Positions 1-35,950 are shown, counted from the first letter of the stretch. The stretch is 64,000 nt of DNA from Ylistrum balloti (GCF_031769215.1 NW_026781993.1:1674001-1738000); one strand, 5' to 3'. Translations and numbers: made by a program. The notes: generated by a model from the sequence alone, not told the origin.

Positions 1-116
1 AGATTTAACAATTCTCCATTGACCCTACTTCACCACACAAATATCTATTTAGATTCATCAAACTTAATGAAGCCTTACATTCAATTGATTTTCCTGTGTC
101 AACGAATAGATCTTAC

Positions 117-13649
<13,533 letters not shown>

Positions 13650-14624
13650 GATGCAATATCGGTATTTACGTGATTGATTTCCACCTTTCTAGCAAAGCCA
13701 ATGCGATTATGACTATTGAGCACGGCAGAATTACACAGGGTACACTTTCTAAATATCGAAACGGATCTGAACTACTCCGGCATATATCCGGAAAACACTC
13801 TATGATTCTAGAATGGCAAATAAACTTAAATTAACTCTTTTGATTTAGAGAAAGCGACTGAGTGGTGATGATTTTGAGTAACAAAAGATCATAGGAAAAC
13901 AGAGTAGTGAAAGTACTAACGTGACGACACCCAAAATGAAACATTTCTGAAATATATGATGCATACTTTTTATTTTGAAATACAAATAAATATTAACTAT
14001 TCTCAACAAAAAATAAGGTATTTATGAATTAGTATGGCATTTTAACAGTCCATTTCTTCTTTGTTACTTATCATCAATTTTAAATTTTCAAAATGAAATT
14101 GTAAGAAAAATCCTGGGAAACGATTCCATGCAACAGCACAAATATTCTATCATGTTGCAAAACTATAAAATGTGTTGTTCAAATTAATAGTTTTGACAGA
14201 TAAATTATTGAGATTAATGAAAATCTTAGTGAACTTTTAACAAATGAAGAAATATATTTAAGATTATGTCATCTAGTTATTATTTGGGTTACCATTACCT
14301 GTTGAAATACATTCCTGAACCTGGAATGCCTTTTTGTTTTCTATTTATAGACACACACACAGCTGACATATATCTACAGCATGCAGTGAAAGCTGAAAGA
14401 ACCTATTTGTGAAATATCAAGAAAAATACAAGTGTTAAACACTCGGTAGATAATATTTTACAATTTTCTTCAAAAAGTGTTCCAATTTGGATAGTGTCAT
14501 GTTAGATCTAACTTATGCCTAGCTTTATGAAAGATTATTACTTGATATTGTTTAAACGATCATACATTTGTTTGAAATGTGCATTTCTGGTTTGTTAACA
14601 ACTACATTGACCTCTACTTTCTGT

Positions 14625-16310
14625 ATTGATGTTATATAGACCTCTACTGTCTGTATTGATGTAGACCTCTACTGTCTGTACTGATGTTATATAGACCTCT
14701 ACTGTCTGTATTGATGTTATATAGACCTCTACTGTCTGTACTGATGTTATATAGACCTCTACTGTCTGTACTGATGTTATATAGACCTCTACTGTCTGTA
14801 TTGATGTTATATAGACCTCTACTGTCTGTACTGATGTCATATAGACCTCTACTGTCTGTACTGATGTTATACAGACCTCTACTGTCAGTGTTGATGTAAT
14901 ATAGACCTCTACTGTCTGTATTGATGTTATATAAACCTCTACTGTCTGTACTGATGTTATATAGACCTCTACTGTCTGTATTGATGTTATATAGACCTCA
15001 ATGTCTGTATTGATGTTATGTAGACCTCTACTGTCTGTATTGATGTTATATAGACCTCCATGTCTGTATTGATGTTATATAGACCTCCACTGTCTGTATT
15101 GATGTTATATAGACCTCTACTGTCTGTATTGATGTTATGTAGACCTCTACTGTCTGTATTGATGTTATGTAGACCTCTACTGTCTGTATTGATGTTATAT
15201 AGACCTCCATGTCTGTATTGATGTTATATAGACCTCCATGTCTGTATTGATGTTATGTAGACCTCTACTGTCTGTGTTGATGTTTTATAAACCTCTTCTG
15301 TCTGCATTGAGGTTATATAGACCTCTACTGTCTGTATTGATGTTATATAGACCTCTACTGACTGTATTGATGTTATATAGACCTCTACTGTCTGTACTGA
15401 TGTTTCATAGACCTCTACTGTCTGTACTGATGTTATATAGACCTCTACTGTCTGTATTGATGTTATATAGACCTCAATGTCTGTATTGATGTTATATAGA
15501 CCTCTAATGTCTGTATTGATGTTATGTAGACCTCTACTGTCTGTATTGATGTTATGTAGACCTCTACTGTCTGTATTGATGTTATATAGACCTCCATGTC
15601 TGTATTGATGTTATATAGACCTCCACTGTCTGTATTGATGTTATATAGACCTCTACTGTCTGTATTGATGTTATGTAGACCTCTACTGTCTGTATTGATG
15701 TTATGTAGACCTCTACTGTCTGTATTGATGTTATATAGACCTCCATGTCTGTATTGATGTTATATAGACCTCCATGTCTGTATTGATGTTATGTAGACCT
15801 CTACTGTCTGTGTTGATGTTTTATAAACCTCTTCTGTCTGCATTGAGGTTATATAGACCTCTACTGTCTGTATTGATGTTATATAGACCTCTACTGACTG
15901 TATTGATGTTATATAGACCTCTACTGTCTGTACTGATGTTTCATAGACCTCTACTGTCTGTATTGATGTTATATAGACCTCCATGTCTGTATTGATGTTA
16001 TATAGACCTCCATGTCTGTATTGATGTTATGTAGACCTCTACTGTCTGTGTTGATGTTTTATAAACCTCTTCTGTCTGCATTGAGGTTATATAGACCTCT
16101 ACTGTCTGTATTGATGTTATATAGACCTCTACTGACTGTATTGATGTTATATAGACCTCTACTGTCTGTACTGATGTTTCATAGACCTCTACTGTCTGTA
16201 TTGATGTTATATAGACCTCCATGTCTGTATTGATGTTATGTAGACCTCTACTGTCTGTGTTGATGTTATATAGATCTCTACTGTCTGTATTTATTGATGT
16301 TATATAGAAC
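14625..16310. repeat. Minisatellite, 30/29-bp unit, with higher-order structure
   Basis: Unit TGTTATATAGACCTCTACTGTCTGTATTGA. Near-identical variant blocks recur at 15238, 15774 and 16012. Confidence 0.97.
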
Positions 16311-16329
16311 TTCTTTCTCTTCTTTCTGT

Positions 16330-17620
16330 TAATACAAAATTTGTTTGGCAATGATCCAGAAACACTTTTCAATCAAATATCTTGCTTCTTGAACATCTTG
16401 GAAGAAATCTTTACCAGGTTTCAACAAATTAAATCCTTTAGACCTTCAATATGGGTCAAGGTCATTTCTTCTCGCAGATATTTTTGGGCATCATCCTACA
16501 AATCTAACAGACAAAAACTATGCTTCTGCACCTTTTGGTTAGTCAAAATAAGTCACTTTGAGATTTTAACAAACTTGACCCCTGTAACCTTGAATAAGGG
16601 TCAAGGTCATTTCTTTTCTCGATCTTTGTTGGGCTTCATAGGAATATATCAGCCAAATTTCATGCTTCTGTGCCTTTCAGTTACCGGGAAGTCAGAAGTC
16701 GTTTACAGGTTCAAACAAAATTGACACTTGTAACATTGAGTAAGAGTCAAAGTAATTTCTTTTTGCAAACTTTGTCAGGCTTCATCCAAGGAACCTATAA
16801 CACCTTCAGACCAGGTGAGCTAATAAAAATTTTATTGTTTGACAGCATGAAACATAAGATCCAATGGGCCTGCAGCACTCACTTGGTATATAAATATACC
16901 TGCCAAATATCATGCCTCTCTGTCTTTTAGTTCATAAGATAAAGTTATTTAAGTGTTTTTTAAAAAATTGGCTCTGTGACCTTGAACCTGGGTCAAGGGC
17001 ATTTACTTTTCCAACTTTGTCGGGACTCATCATAAGAACATACCAGCCAAACAATTAGGCCAAGGTCATTTCTTTTCACAAACTTTAATGACCTTCATTC
17101 CAGGAGCATACCAGCCAAATATCATTCCTCCAGGCCTTTTAGTTCATGAGGAGTCGTAAGGTTTTAACACATTTGACCCTTCTGACCTTGAAAACAAGTC
17201 AATGTCATTTCTTTGACAGCCTTCAAAATAGGAGCATACCAGCCAAATATCATTCCTCCAGGCCTTTTAGTTCATGAGGAGTCGTAAGGTTTTAACACAT
17301 TTGACCCTTCTGACCTTGAAAACAGGTCAATGTCATTTCTTTGACAGCCTTCAAACTAGGAGCATACCAGCCAAATATCATTCCTCAATGCCTTTTGGTT
17401 CATTAGAAGAAATCGTTTAAAAAGTTTTAACACATTTGACCAATGTGACTGAATATTAGTCAAGGTCATTTCTTTTTGTACACTTTATCTGGCTTCATCC
17501 TCAGAACATTTTGTCCATTTGTTATTGATAAGATGTTTAAAAGGAAAAAGTTTACGATGGTTGGACAACGCACCACGGCATAAGATCACTTGACCCTATT
17601 GGCCAGGTGAGCTAAGAAGG
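16330..17620 (+). mobile_element. Non-autonomous Helentron/HINE-like element(s) with internal tandem modules
   Basis: Repeated TGACC..TGACCTTGAA...CAAGGTCATTTCT modules, near-identical internal repeats at 17100-17460, and termini CCAGGTGAGCTAA at about 16811 and 17603. Confidence 0.65.
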
Positions 17621-18024
17621 ACACAGATAATCAAAATTTGATTGCATTGTTTATTACAGTTCTTAATAAAATAACATGTCACATGTTCAACTTTCATCAT
17701 ACATACGCTACTTACACTAAAAACTTGTTAATGCCATGATTTGAATCGGGACTCCATCAAAACATCATTTCTCACAGAAAGGTCTATGACCATAGTACAA
17801 TTCTCCTCTGGCTGTTAATTAACTGTAACTGTTTGGTACAAAGTTTTAAATGATCGTATAAACCATATATATCACATTCAGTCTAACTGGTCTGATTACC
17901 ACAAACACAAACAACAGGGAAGTGGAGGTTAAAGGGATGGCTGCATCAATCACAAATGTTGATATGATGTCCTTGTAATTTGACCAATAATACATAACAA
18001 AAAGTTGTGAGCATCAGGATCCTT

Positions 18025-18350
18025 TATCAATCTTCAATTTGTCCATCAGTTCACACATTAGTTCATGGTTTATTCAGCTCATCGATCTTCAATTCATTGA
18101 TCAATTCACACATTAATTTCTGTGTATTTGATTCATCAACTTTCCATTTGTTGACCAGTTAATTATTTGTTTAGTGTCATTAACCTTCAATTGGTAAATT
18201 AGGTCACAGACTAATTCATGGTTAATTTAAATCATCGACCTTCAATTTGTCAATCAGATAACACACTAGTGCTTTGTTAATTTAACTCACAGACCTTCAC
18301 TATGTTGATCGATCACACACTGGTTCATAGTTTGTTTAAATCACAAACTT
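18025..18350. repeat. Degenerate tandem repeat, about 50-bp unit
   Basis: Recurring (G/A)ACCTTCAATTTGT..ATCAG.TCACAC.CTA.TTCATGG motif. Confidence 0.6.
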
Positions 18351-19297
18351 GTTAACTTTTCCATTTTTTTTAAAAATGGCTCACTCAATAAGTACTACTT
18401 TATCTTTTATAGAAGTGTCCACTAAATGTTTAAAGGGTTAGTTCCTTGATGCAAAACAAGTCTTTTGGTATAAAACAGTGCGGCTAATAAAGAATATAAA
18501 AATTTTACAAAAAAAAGATTAAAAATGAGCAAAGGATGGATTTACAAATACAGAATATTACTTGATAAAAAACAAAATCACATTTATACCAAGTTGGGAT
18601 ATTTCAGTTCTTGCAAACAAAAAAACAACCACCTGTTACAAGATGTTTGGAGTTCACATTAATTTTTCCACTAACACATGAGAAGATGTGACTAATTATG
18701 TCATGTGACTTTCATTATCCTTAGGTGACACTCCCATTAAAAACACAGTGGTCACTTTCTTAAGATATTTGTATATCTGTCCCTTCCTCATATTTAGCAA
18801 TAACATATACCCAACAAAAATTGATGATCACATATTGCACTCGTAAGAACTCACATCATCAGGTTATCACTGTAGTTACATTGTATATACATATACTTAC
18901 AATATTCTAGATCATATATAAAACGAGTCTTTGACTCGAAATTGACCATAAATAAAAATAATAATAATCATTAATAGTTTATATCAGAATACCAGTAAAA
19001 ACCTATCAAGTTAATAAGCTGGTTCACAAAGAGCATACTAAGAATTAAAAATATGTTTTCTTAAAATTATCCAAATTTGCTTTGGCCCACAGAAAGGCAG
19101 GAAGGAGACTGGCTTTCCTTGGTCAATATTCATTGATTTCACTGATCAATCAACATTCAATTGATACAGAATAAAATGGTAGCCCAGATATTGCAAGCAT
19201 GAAACAGAGAAAATGGTATTTCAGCTGTGTCCTTCACCTAAAATGTGTGTGCAAGAAATTCCTGGTTAATCCATACTTAAGTAATTCATAAAATCAA

Positions 19298-19860
19298 TAA
19301 ACAAGAGATATAAGAGGGATCTCAGCGCCCACCAGTGTTTGAACTTTTGCTCTTTGAAAGTTTTATCTTTTCCCTCCTTTTATCTTTTCTTTTCTTTTCT
19401 TGCTCTTATTGATAAGAAATTTGAACATTCCTTTGCAGAATTAAAGATCTTCTGATCAGTCCCAAAAACAAACAGGCACAAGGAGAGACCAAAGGAACCA
19501 ACACATGAAATTAGAGAAAGATCTTTACAGAAGTTTTCAAGAAATAGCGATAACAAACTTTCAAAGTCAAAATCCATTTCAAGATCCATTCCTTACTTCT
19601 CAAGTAATAGCAATAACGAATTTGCAAAGTCAAAATCAAGATGGCCACCTGTCGGCCATTTTTGTTTTTTGATCAGACCAAGAATCAAACGAACCCAACT
19701 AGGGCCCAATTGGAACCTACATATGAAATTTGAGAAAGATCCATCCAGTGCTTATGAAGAAATAGCGATAACAAAAATTGTTCGAAGACAGACGACAGAC
19801 CACAGACGATTTGAATAGCCCATAATCTGTATACCTTTGAATCCTGCTGAGATTAGTCTG
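19298..19860 (+). mobile_element. Helentron/HINE-like non-autonomous element
   Basis: Starts AACAAGAG, has GACAGACGACAGAC near its end, and is homologous to 3340-3720. Confidence 0.6.
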
Positions 19861-21415
19861 TGTATACCTGATATGTCCATGATATAAATGTACTTGCATA
19901 ACAAATAATTACAACCTACTGGGATTACCAGATATTTTACATATCACAGCAATCTTTGAAAAATATCTTCATTAAAATTCAGATGATAAATATGTAAGTT
20001 ATAAACATTCATCTAGCAATTAAGAATAAAATTGCTAATGCTTAACACTCATGTTCGTAATCACTTAATCTTTATACATATTTTTTATGCGATTTGTTTT
20101 GATGAAAGGTTGACGAAGTTCTACTGAGAGTATAGTTATGGACTCACTGGGATATACATTCTTTTATCTGAATATAAAATTTGACGATGTACATTTTATG
20201 ACAGAAACTGCAGAACCTTAATCCTGAATACCTCAATAGATTTTGGTAGCATTCACTGGTTGTCAACTTCTTCCATCTAAACAGGTTTCCAACACATTCA
20301 TCAACATATAGACCTGGCTTTGATGAGAATGGAGATCAACATGAAAACATAGAAATCAGTGAAACAGAAAACTGAGGTGACAGTGACCTACATTTTACCT
20401 GAAGGTATAGTACTGTACTAATGTATAAATTTGGAAGGCCACGGAGATGCTTTTCCTCATAAAACAGATAGACAATTTTAGCATTAATAAACCTTCAATA
20501 AGTCCAGCAACCGTTGTAAAGGATAAACATGTTCCTGATACATGATAAAAACAATGAACGCCAATGTCGCTTGCAAAAGGAATAGCTAATTCCTTATTTT
20601 TCACAGTCCTTAACACAAGGAAATAACAAAAAAAGTTCAAAAGAGTAATCAACATAAAATGTCCTACCATCAAGCTCAGACCACTTACCATTGTACATGC
20701 AAACTAGGAGGGGGTGAGACTTTGTGTAATTTAGACATGAAAGCCCTTCAATAACTTGTCCCTGATACTTTCTTCAGAGGTAGGATACAGAGAAAAGGTG
20801 TAACCCAGGAAAAAACAAACAGGAAACCTTGAACTGTAGCCAAAACTATCTTCAGTGATTTGTTTTTCAAATGGTTTTCAGTTGGAAGAATTAAAAATAA
20901 ACATGAGACTGCAGTCAAGATAGATTCTGTCACTGACAGAGTTTTTTTCTTGGCAAGATTTCTTTTCAATGCAGCACCTTCATTTAAGCTAAATTAATTA
21001 TGTAATGAATCAAATAAAAAGTTTTAAAGCAGCCCTTGGAACATAGTAATACAAGCTGATTTCTGTCTACCAGTAATGTTATCAGTTTAACATGTACAAT
21101 AAATAAGGTTCAAGAAACAGAAACAGAGTCACATACACTGTGACTGTACACAATTTGTCTGTGATCAGGGTCACATACAATCTGATTGATGATCAAATTT
21201 CTATGACCAGAGCCACTAACACTGTGACTGTACATCATTTGTTTGTATGTGACCAGGGCCACATACACTGTGACTTAACATCACTCATCTCAGTTCTGAG
21301 TTAACCTTACTCATACACTTCCACTACCTAACCAGTGTTGAAATACCACCACTATACCTACTAAAGTGATGATAAGTATTTTATCATAACTGAGAAAAAT
21401 TCTAGACAGCCCTAG

Positions 21416-29559
<8,144 letters not shown>

Positions 29560-29589
29560 TTTTGACGCCTTACGGACGATACCAGTGAC

Positions 29590-29745
29590 ATTACATATCA
29601 TCCAGGACTTCGAGACACATGAACCTGTGTGATGAGACTTGCGTAACTGTCACATGACTTTATACTCAAAACTGATTGGTTAACGGAATCTGAAAATCTG
29701 GGGTCAGATACAGTGTTCGACCTCGCAGTGCACTTTTATATAACC
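29590..29745 (-). promoter_or_regulatory. Probable LONRF proximal promoter
   Basis: On the minus strand: TATATAAAA at about 29741-29733, CCAAT at 29679-29675, TATAAA at 29664-29659, TCATGTGA E-box at 29657-29650 and GTTACGCAA bZIP-like site at 29647-29639. Confidence 0.5.
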
Positions 29746-31289
29746 ATCTCATAGTGTGTTATGAAATAAACATGTTATTGTTGAATTAATAAATTATACA
29801 ATATATATTATAAAATGCCTCGTTTTCGTTACTTCAAGTTCAAATCAAATCTTTGTACTGTCAAACCAGGGACGTATTTTATCAGAGACATATATAACAC
29901 ATATATGTGATAAATACGTCTCTGACTGTAAACAACATGTCCAGCTGATATTTGGGATTATATGATGGTGTGTTTTTTTCCCCTTTTTTTTTTTAAATGA
30001 AGTCCATTTTCTGACAAATCGGTATACTGGCCGACTGTCATGTGAATTTATAAAACTGTAATTAGTGACAAGAAACAGCAATATTTTTTTGTTACTTTTT
30101 ATCAAGTAGAAGTCGATAGATAGACGTCAGATAATTTTGGCGCGGTTTATACTGATAACTCAGTGAATTTGTTGATTTAATTATTGTTATATTCTTAACG
30201 GCCAGTCAACACACAAAAGGTCATTGATGCAATTAAATCTCGCTTGAGTGATAGAGTATATAATTAAGTATTTCTGTCAAAGTAAAATAAATCACACTTG
30301 AAGTGTTTGATTCGAAACGAAATGTAAATATTTTAGGTAGTATGTTGAATTTATATACATGATTTCTACATATCTACATACTAAAATCAATATTAAGTCA
30401 TGGACAACCTAATTAAAAACCCTTTATTGCCCAGAAATCAGTGCTGACCAGCATTTGTGTGTGTTTTTAATTACATTACCTGTAATATATTATCAGAAGA
30501 TTCAGCAGGCTTCTGGCGATACAAAACTTTTTTTCTCTTTCATTTATCATAACCGTAAGTTTATCAGTGAAAACAATATTAATGAGGACATTTCGCCAAT
30601 AGTAAAAACAGAATTAGGACACAAACGTGATACACATATACAAAGTCTAGTCGAAATAAGTTTGATGGTTTCTAAAGTGCAGCCCGAAAAATCTTAACAT
30701 TCCTTTTTTTTTTTTTTTTAAATGAGTAGCTAAAATTATTTACATGGCAATAGAAGGAATAACTGAAAAAAAAATCTTGCCATCATCATCATCATCATCA
30801 AGATGACGGCGTCGAGTAAAGACACGTGTGAATGAGCTCCTGTTAACTGAGAATGACTGCTCAGTTACCATGGAAAGCCTCAAACTTAACACTGCGGAAC
30901 TGAGTGATGTTTTCCAAAATAATGGTAACATTATTTTGACAAAGTCTTTTTAACTACTACCTTTTCCGGATCATTCGTTACCTGTATATCTGCTATATAC
31001 ACGTAGCTTTAAGAAACGATACTAGTGTTGCATTTCTCTGCAATTCTGTGGATAATTTGTGTACGTTCATTTTTACATATGCCTCATTTTGCATGATATT
31101 GACTTTGTTGTACGGTCGTTGTTTAAGAATGGTAGAATGCCTAGTATGATAATGACCTGTTGTAGCTCATGAGTAAGTAACGATATAGATCTCATATATG
31201 CACAAGCACATTTATTTATTTATTTATTTATTTTAATTTTGTATGATACATAAATATAACAAGACATAACATACACCAACATTCACAAA

Positions 31290-31860
31290 TATGACATCAC
31301 CATCATCATCGTCGTCGTCGTTATCATCATCGTTGATAGCAGATATATTACCAAACTGATTTATTGATGAATAAACATAATAATGAAATGTTTTAATTAA
31401 TCTTTTGATATCTCCAAAATTAAAATAATTCAAAACCCTTTCAAGAAACACCCGCGCAACAGAATCAAACGCTTTTAAAAATCTATTGAGAATAGGATAC
31501 CTGGAATATTTTCTTCACCATATAATGCTCGGATATATTTCCCTATATATCGCCCTGACATGAAATCTTTTCAAGGCTGAGAAAATAAGAGGTGGGTTTC
31601 TCTCCTCCTCTATCCACTTTGCTCTTGTTCTAATAATATTTTCTTATTTTTTTCCAAATTTATACTTTGTTGACAGCACTTTTATTTTTGCCTGTAACAC
31701 CTCAGTGTTCGGATTTGCACTGGCTTCTAATACTTCTATCTCCCTCTTTCATTTTTTTTAGCTTCTGCTGTTTTTTCTTATAGGATGCATATGAAATATG
31801 CCCTTTGCCCTCAAGTTCGAACGTATAACTGAGGAAAACGCATGATCGGACTGTAAAACA
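31290..31860 (-). mobile_element. L1/Tx1-clade LINE ORF2 remnant, internally deleted
   Basis: Minus-strand frames give RTRAKWIEE(G)EKPT.Y, then GRYIG..IR.LY.EENIPGILFSIDF.KAFDSV and VLNYFNFGDI, with stops and frameshifts. Confidence 0.75.
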
Positions 31861-31864
31861 ATTA

Positions 31865-34800
31865 CTCGTTTTTTTTACTGTCTTTCCGAAGATTGAAACA
31901 GAAGATGAATGAGAGATTTAGCAATAAAGATGTCCCTGGGGTGGCCTGCCGAGAACTCCAGTATGTCAAACAGGAAGAAACTGATAGTTTAGCCGGGTTT
32001 GCTCTGACTTTGACATCAGACGTGTTTGCTCCCGCTGACCACATCACACAAGAACAGCTTGCTACGGAAGTATTCCTAAAAGGCTGGAGAGAAAATATGG
32101 CGGCACAACGTACGATGGAAAGGAACCCTTAGACAATACACAAGGCGCTTAAATACATTAAGGCATCGGTTATTAGCCAACGAACGTTGTTTGGGTCTCA
32201 AGTCACACACTACCCAGCCAGGCAGGTGGAGTTAATTGAGGGTACTAAAGATTATGTCGAAAAGAAAATAACAAAAACATTTCAACGAGAAATGAAAGAG
32301 TTGACAATCATTATCACTTATCCATGCAGGCACCGGATATCAGAGTCCATATTTACCACGTCTGTATAGGAAAGATCATTCTGGTTACCCACATACCCCA
32401 TTGGTAACCGGGCAGGTAACCAAGATAACCGGTTGAGGTAGTCACCTCGAAATCAGGGGAACAACCAAGCTAAGTATAGTGATAAAGGATGTGTACAACA
32501 TCAAGCCAGGAACGAGGCTTAGAACCGTAACTGGTCACCTGATTACCATGAGCATTCACCAATGAGGCAATGAGGAAAAAGCCACCTGAGAGGGGACCGA
32601 CGAATTCCACAGGTAATCAGCCCAACAAAAAACATGGAATAGAGGAAGAAGAAGACAGAGGACGGAGTTCCTATAATTCAAGGGGACTCGCTCCATGTCC
32701 TCATAAACCAATGAAAACTGTTCAAGTCGATCAAGGTCTCCGACTCTCTCACATACACTATCGAGAAACCAGTCTCCTATGATGAAGGTGAAGTTAGTGG
32801 TTGCTGAAGGTTGTAGCCTCGTCATACCACTTACCCTAAATGGAACTCATGTCAACGTCATAGTGGACACAGCTGCCACCATGACACTAGCTTGACATAG
32901 TTTATTGGACAAGTTAAGCGGCCCACTTGTACTTGGAAAGCGAATTCAATTGCATGGTTTCACCGGCAATATAGAGATTGTTTGGGAATTAAAGGACTTA
33001 CACATAGGTATTGGAAACTCTGACATACCGTGGACAGTGTGTGAAGCCTCATCATGTACGACATATTGTTAGGAATGGATTTTTCATCCCATGACCTCTG
33101 TGTGTTAAATCTGAATGCTTGGGTACTTCTAATGGAAAATCAGGTAATTACGCTTACCGCCTGTAAGGAGGAACAGCGAAACCAATCAATAGACACATAC
33201 CGTAATCATTCCCCAAATACTGTTGGATACCTCAAGATTGACTGGGAATTTCCAACAGAGGGTACGGCCATGATATAACCTAGCCAACCCCCTGGCGGAA
33301 CACTGTTGGCAACTCGCTGGTTCACCCTGGAACCCAACATACAGCAATGAGTGTCCAAAATGACACAGATAAGTCTATAAAGATAAGGAAAGGTTAGTTA
33401 TAGGGGAAATGGGTTCCGTTAAATTGGTCACCACAGAAACCGGATCCGGTTACCAACCAGAAACCTCATCAGGAACCGGAAGTATCAACACAAGGGTACC
33501 TGAGTTATTGTAAGGCTTAGTCAATAGATCCTACAAGGAGTTGGATGCTGCTCAACAGCGCCAAATTGAAGATTTGTTGATTGAATATCAAGACACATTA
33601 GCCTAACATGACTTGGACATAGATTGTCTAACAGAAGTAACACATAAATAGACACGGGAAATGAAGAACCAGTCAAACAGAGAAAGAGACGGACACCCAC
33701 TCATTTCAGGGACCAGGAAAAGGAACATTTAGGTAAAATGTTAGCTGCAGATGTAATGCAACCCTCCTATTCTAAGTTGTCCTCAGCACCAGTGCTTGTG
33801 AGGGAAAAGGGAGGAGTCTAAGGTGGTGCATAGACTATCGGGCACTTAATGACAAAACTGTAAAGGATTGGTTTCCCCTTACCAATCATCGATAAATTGT
33901 TTGGACTCCTCAAGGGGACCAAATATTTCTCAACACTTTATATGGCTTCCGGTTACTACCAAATAATCTTGGATGAAAAAGATCGTTAGAAAAAACAGCG
34001 TTCTTCACAAGATACGGCCTATGTGAAAATACCAGAATCGGATTTGGACTGTAACGCGCCCGTGACTTTTCAACGTGCGATGGACCTCTGAGGATTGACT
34101 TGGTCTGAGGTGCTAGTTTTCCTGGATGATATTGTGATATTAGGGAAATATTTTCAGGAAACTCTGAGCAAACTGAGAAATGCGTTTGAATTTTCCCGGA
34201 AGTATGGACAAACCCAAAAAGTGTGACTTATTCGAGAAGGAAGCAGTTTTCCTCGTTAACGAGTCGGGGTTTCCATGTATCCTAGGAAAGTAAGAACCAG
34301 TGAGAACTTGGTCGGTTCCAGTGGACCGGATCAAGCTGATGTCCTTCCTAGGATATGCGAACTATCATGGAAACCATGTCCCAAATTATGTTGGAATAAC
34401 ATAGCCATTATACGAGCTCACCAAGCTTACAATTGACTTCTGATGGAAGGAAAGGAGCACCAGAAAGCTTTTGGGAAGTCAGATGTGGCTTTTGCGATGC
34501 ACAACGCTTGTTGTACCCAGATGGGGATGGAGGATTAATACTAGACACAGAAGCCTCTTAGTCAGCATTAGGGGCCAAACTATCTCAAGTTCAAAATGGT
34601 GAGATGAAGGTCATTACCTATGCCAACCATGTACTGATACCAGTGCAGCGAAAGTACTGTACTACACGCGAAAGTCTGTTAGCAGTAGTTACGTTCTGCA
34701 GGCATATCCACCACTACCTACTTGGACAAAAGTTTAACACCCGTACCAACCATAACAGTCTAGTATGGTTGACAGGATTTAAGCATATAGAGGGACAGCT

Positions 34801-35690
34801 ATCTCGACGGTTGGAAGAACTTGCTAAGTATGACATGAAAATTCCCAATAGGCCAGGAAAAACTCATGGCATCTCGGAAGGACTGTCGTAGATCCCTGCC
34901 AGCGAGGAAGTCTGTAACTGCTACCTTGCTGAAGCGGAGGGGGTGCTCATTTTGTTTTGTTTTTGCAGCCGTAGAACAAGGTGTTCGGGGCCTCATTTTG
35001 TAGGAATGAAGACCCTTGGAATCCTGGTTCCGCGGTCTTTTCTGCATAAGAAGTCGGACACTGAGGAATCTCCCTCTCACATATAGGGTGTGGCTCCTGC
35101 TGGGGCGGAAAGCGTGCCATGTCCTACAAACCATGTCTAGTGGAAGGCCATGGAGAGGTGGAGAGGTGGAGGCTTCCTCCTGTCGGGTATCAGGCTCTCC
35201 GGCCCCTTCTTCCTCAGTAGTGTCAATCCCTCCGCTCGCACCGCAACCGGAGCATGGCGCTCCGGGCACTGGCTCCAAACAAACCAAGGTCCGGAACACC
35301 AAAAGTGCTTGTCAGAGGCGGTCCAAAGCAGAGCTTCGCAGGGAAGAACAGTTATCCAAAAGAACTCCTGGGATGGGAACGTCCAGAGGGCTGTCGCCCA
35401 GGGACCACCATTCCAACCAAACAACCAGACCAGACCAGTTACCTTGTCGAGACCCTGTATAGGGGTGTTCAGTCTGATAGAGCCTAGTGTAAGAGCTTTT
35501 CTGGCCATCAGATGGCCAGACAGGGCCACTAAACATAAAAAAAAGAAAAAAAACCCCTCCCAGTAACAGTACAGAAAGATAGAAAAGAAAGAAGTTTAGA
35601 TATAAAAGCTTATCCATAGGTCAAAGACGAACGACCAATACTCTCCAAAACAAAAACAGCAGTTCAGCCCTATCCTGACCGGATGTAACA
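31865..35690 (+). mobile_element. Degenerate Ty3/Gypsy LTR retrotransposon, 5'-truncated, integrase absent
   Basis: gag-like region at 31893-32190; protease VIVDTAATMT at about 32860; RT (SAPVLV, WCIDYRALNDKTVKD.FPLP, FLDDIVI); RNase H (KVITYANHVL..QRKYCTTRESLLAVV, GQLSRRLEEL). Many stops. A possible 3' LTR remnant ends TGTAACA at 35684-35690. Confidence 0.92.
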
Positions 35691-35809
35691 ATAATAGCGA
35701 GCGCAGCGAGCGCTTTATTATATTGTGTAACAATTCAAAATCAACAAGCTTAAGGTGCCCATACGATAAACTTTAAACGATCGTGTGGCTGGAACTTAAT
35801 ATATTTACA

Positions 35810-35950
35810 AATATGCCATGGAAAGTTCACCAGTTGAAAATCCACGCAGACTTTGGTCCATTTATACCATTTCAGGAATGTATACAGCGGTTAATATCTT
35901 AAGTAAAAAATACATATCTATAAAACAATACTCTATATGTTACTTTAAAT
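35810..35950 (+). repeat. About 140-bp direct duplication, second copy at 37994-38135
   Basis: Identical core ACCAGTTGAAAATCCACGCAGACTTTGGTCCATTTATACCATTT in both copies, with collinear flanks. Confidence 0.9.

Noticed and set aside
14595-16372. MLYRPLLSVL-type ORFs
   Set aside because: Translations of the 30-bp minisatellite.
29560-29601. Upstream ATG at 29601 as the LONRF start
   Set aside because: Possible, but the extension MICNVTGIVRKASK looks unconserved and the ATG at 29559 (AAAAATG, MVDLAKQAF) has the better context.
34799-35617. Overlapping 100-170 aa ORFs as independent genes
   Set aside because: They lie within the GC-rich Gypsy 3' region, where long frames arise easily; no motifs were recognised.
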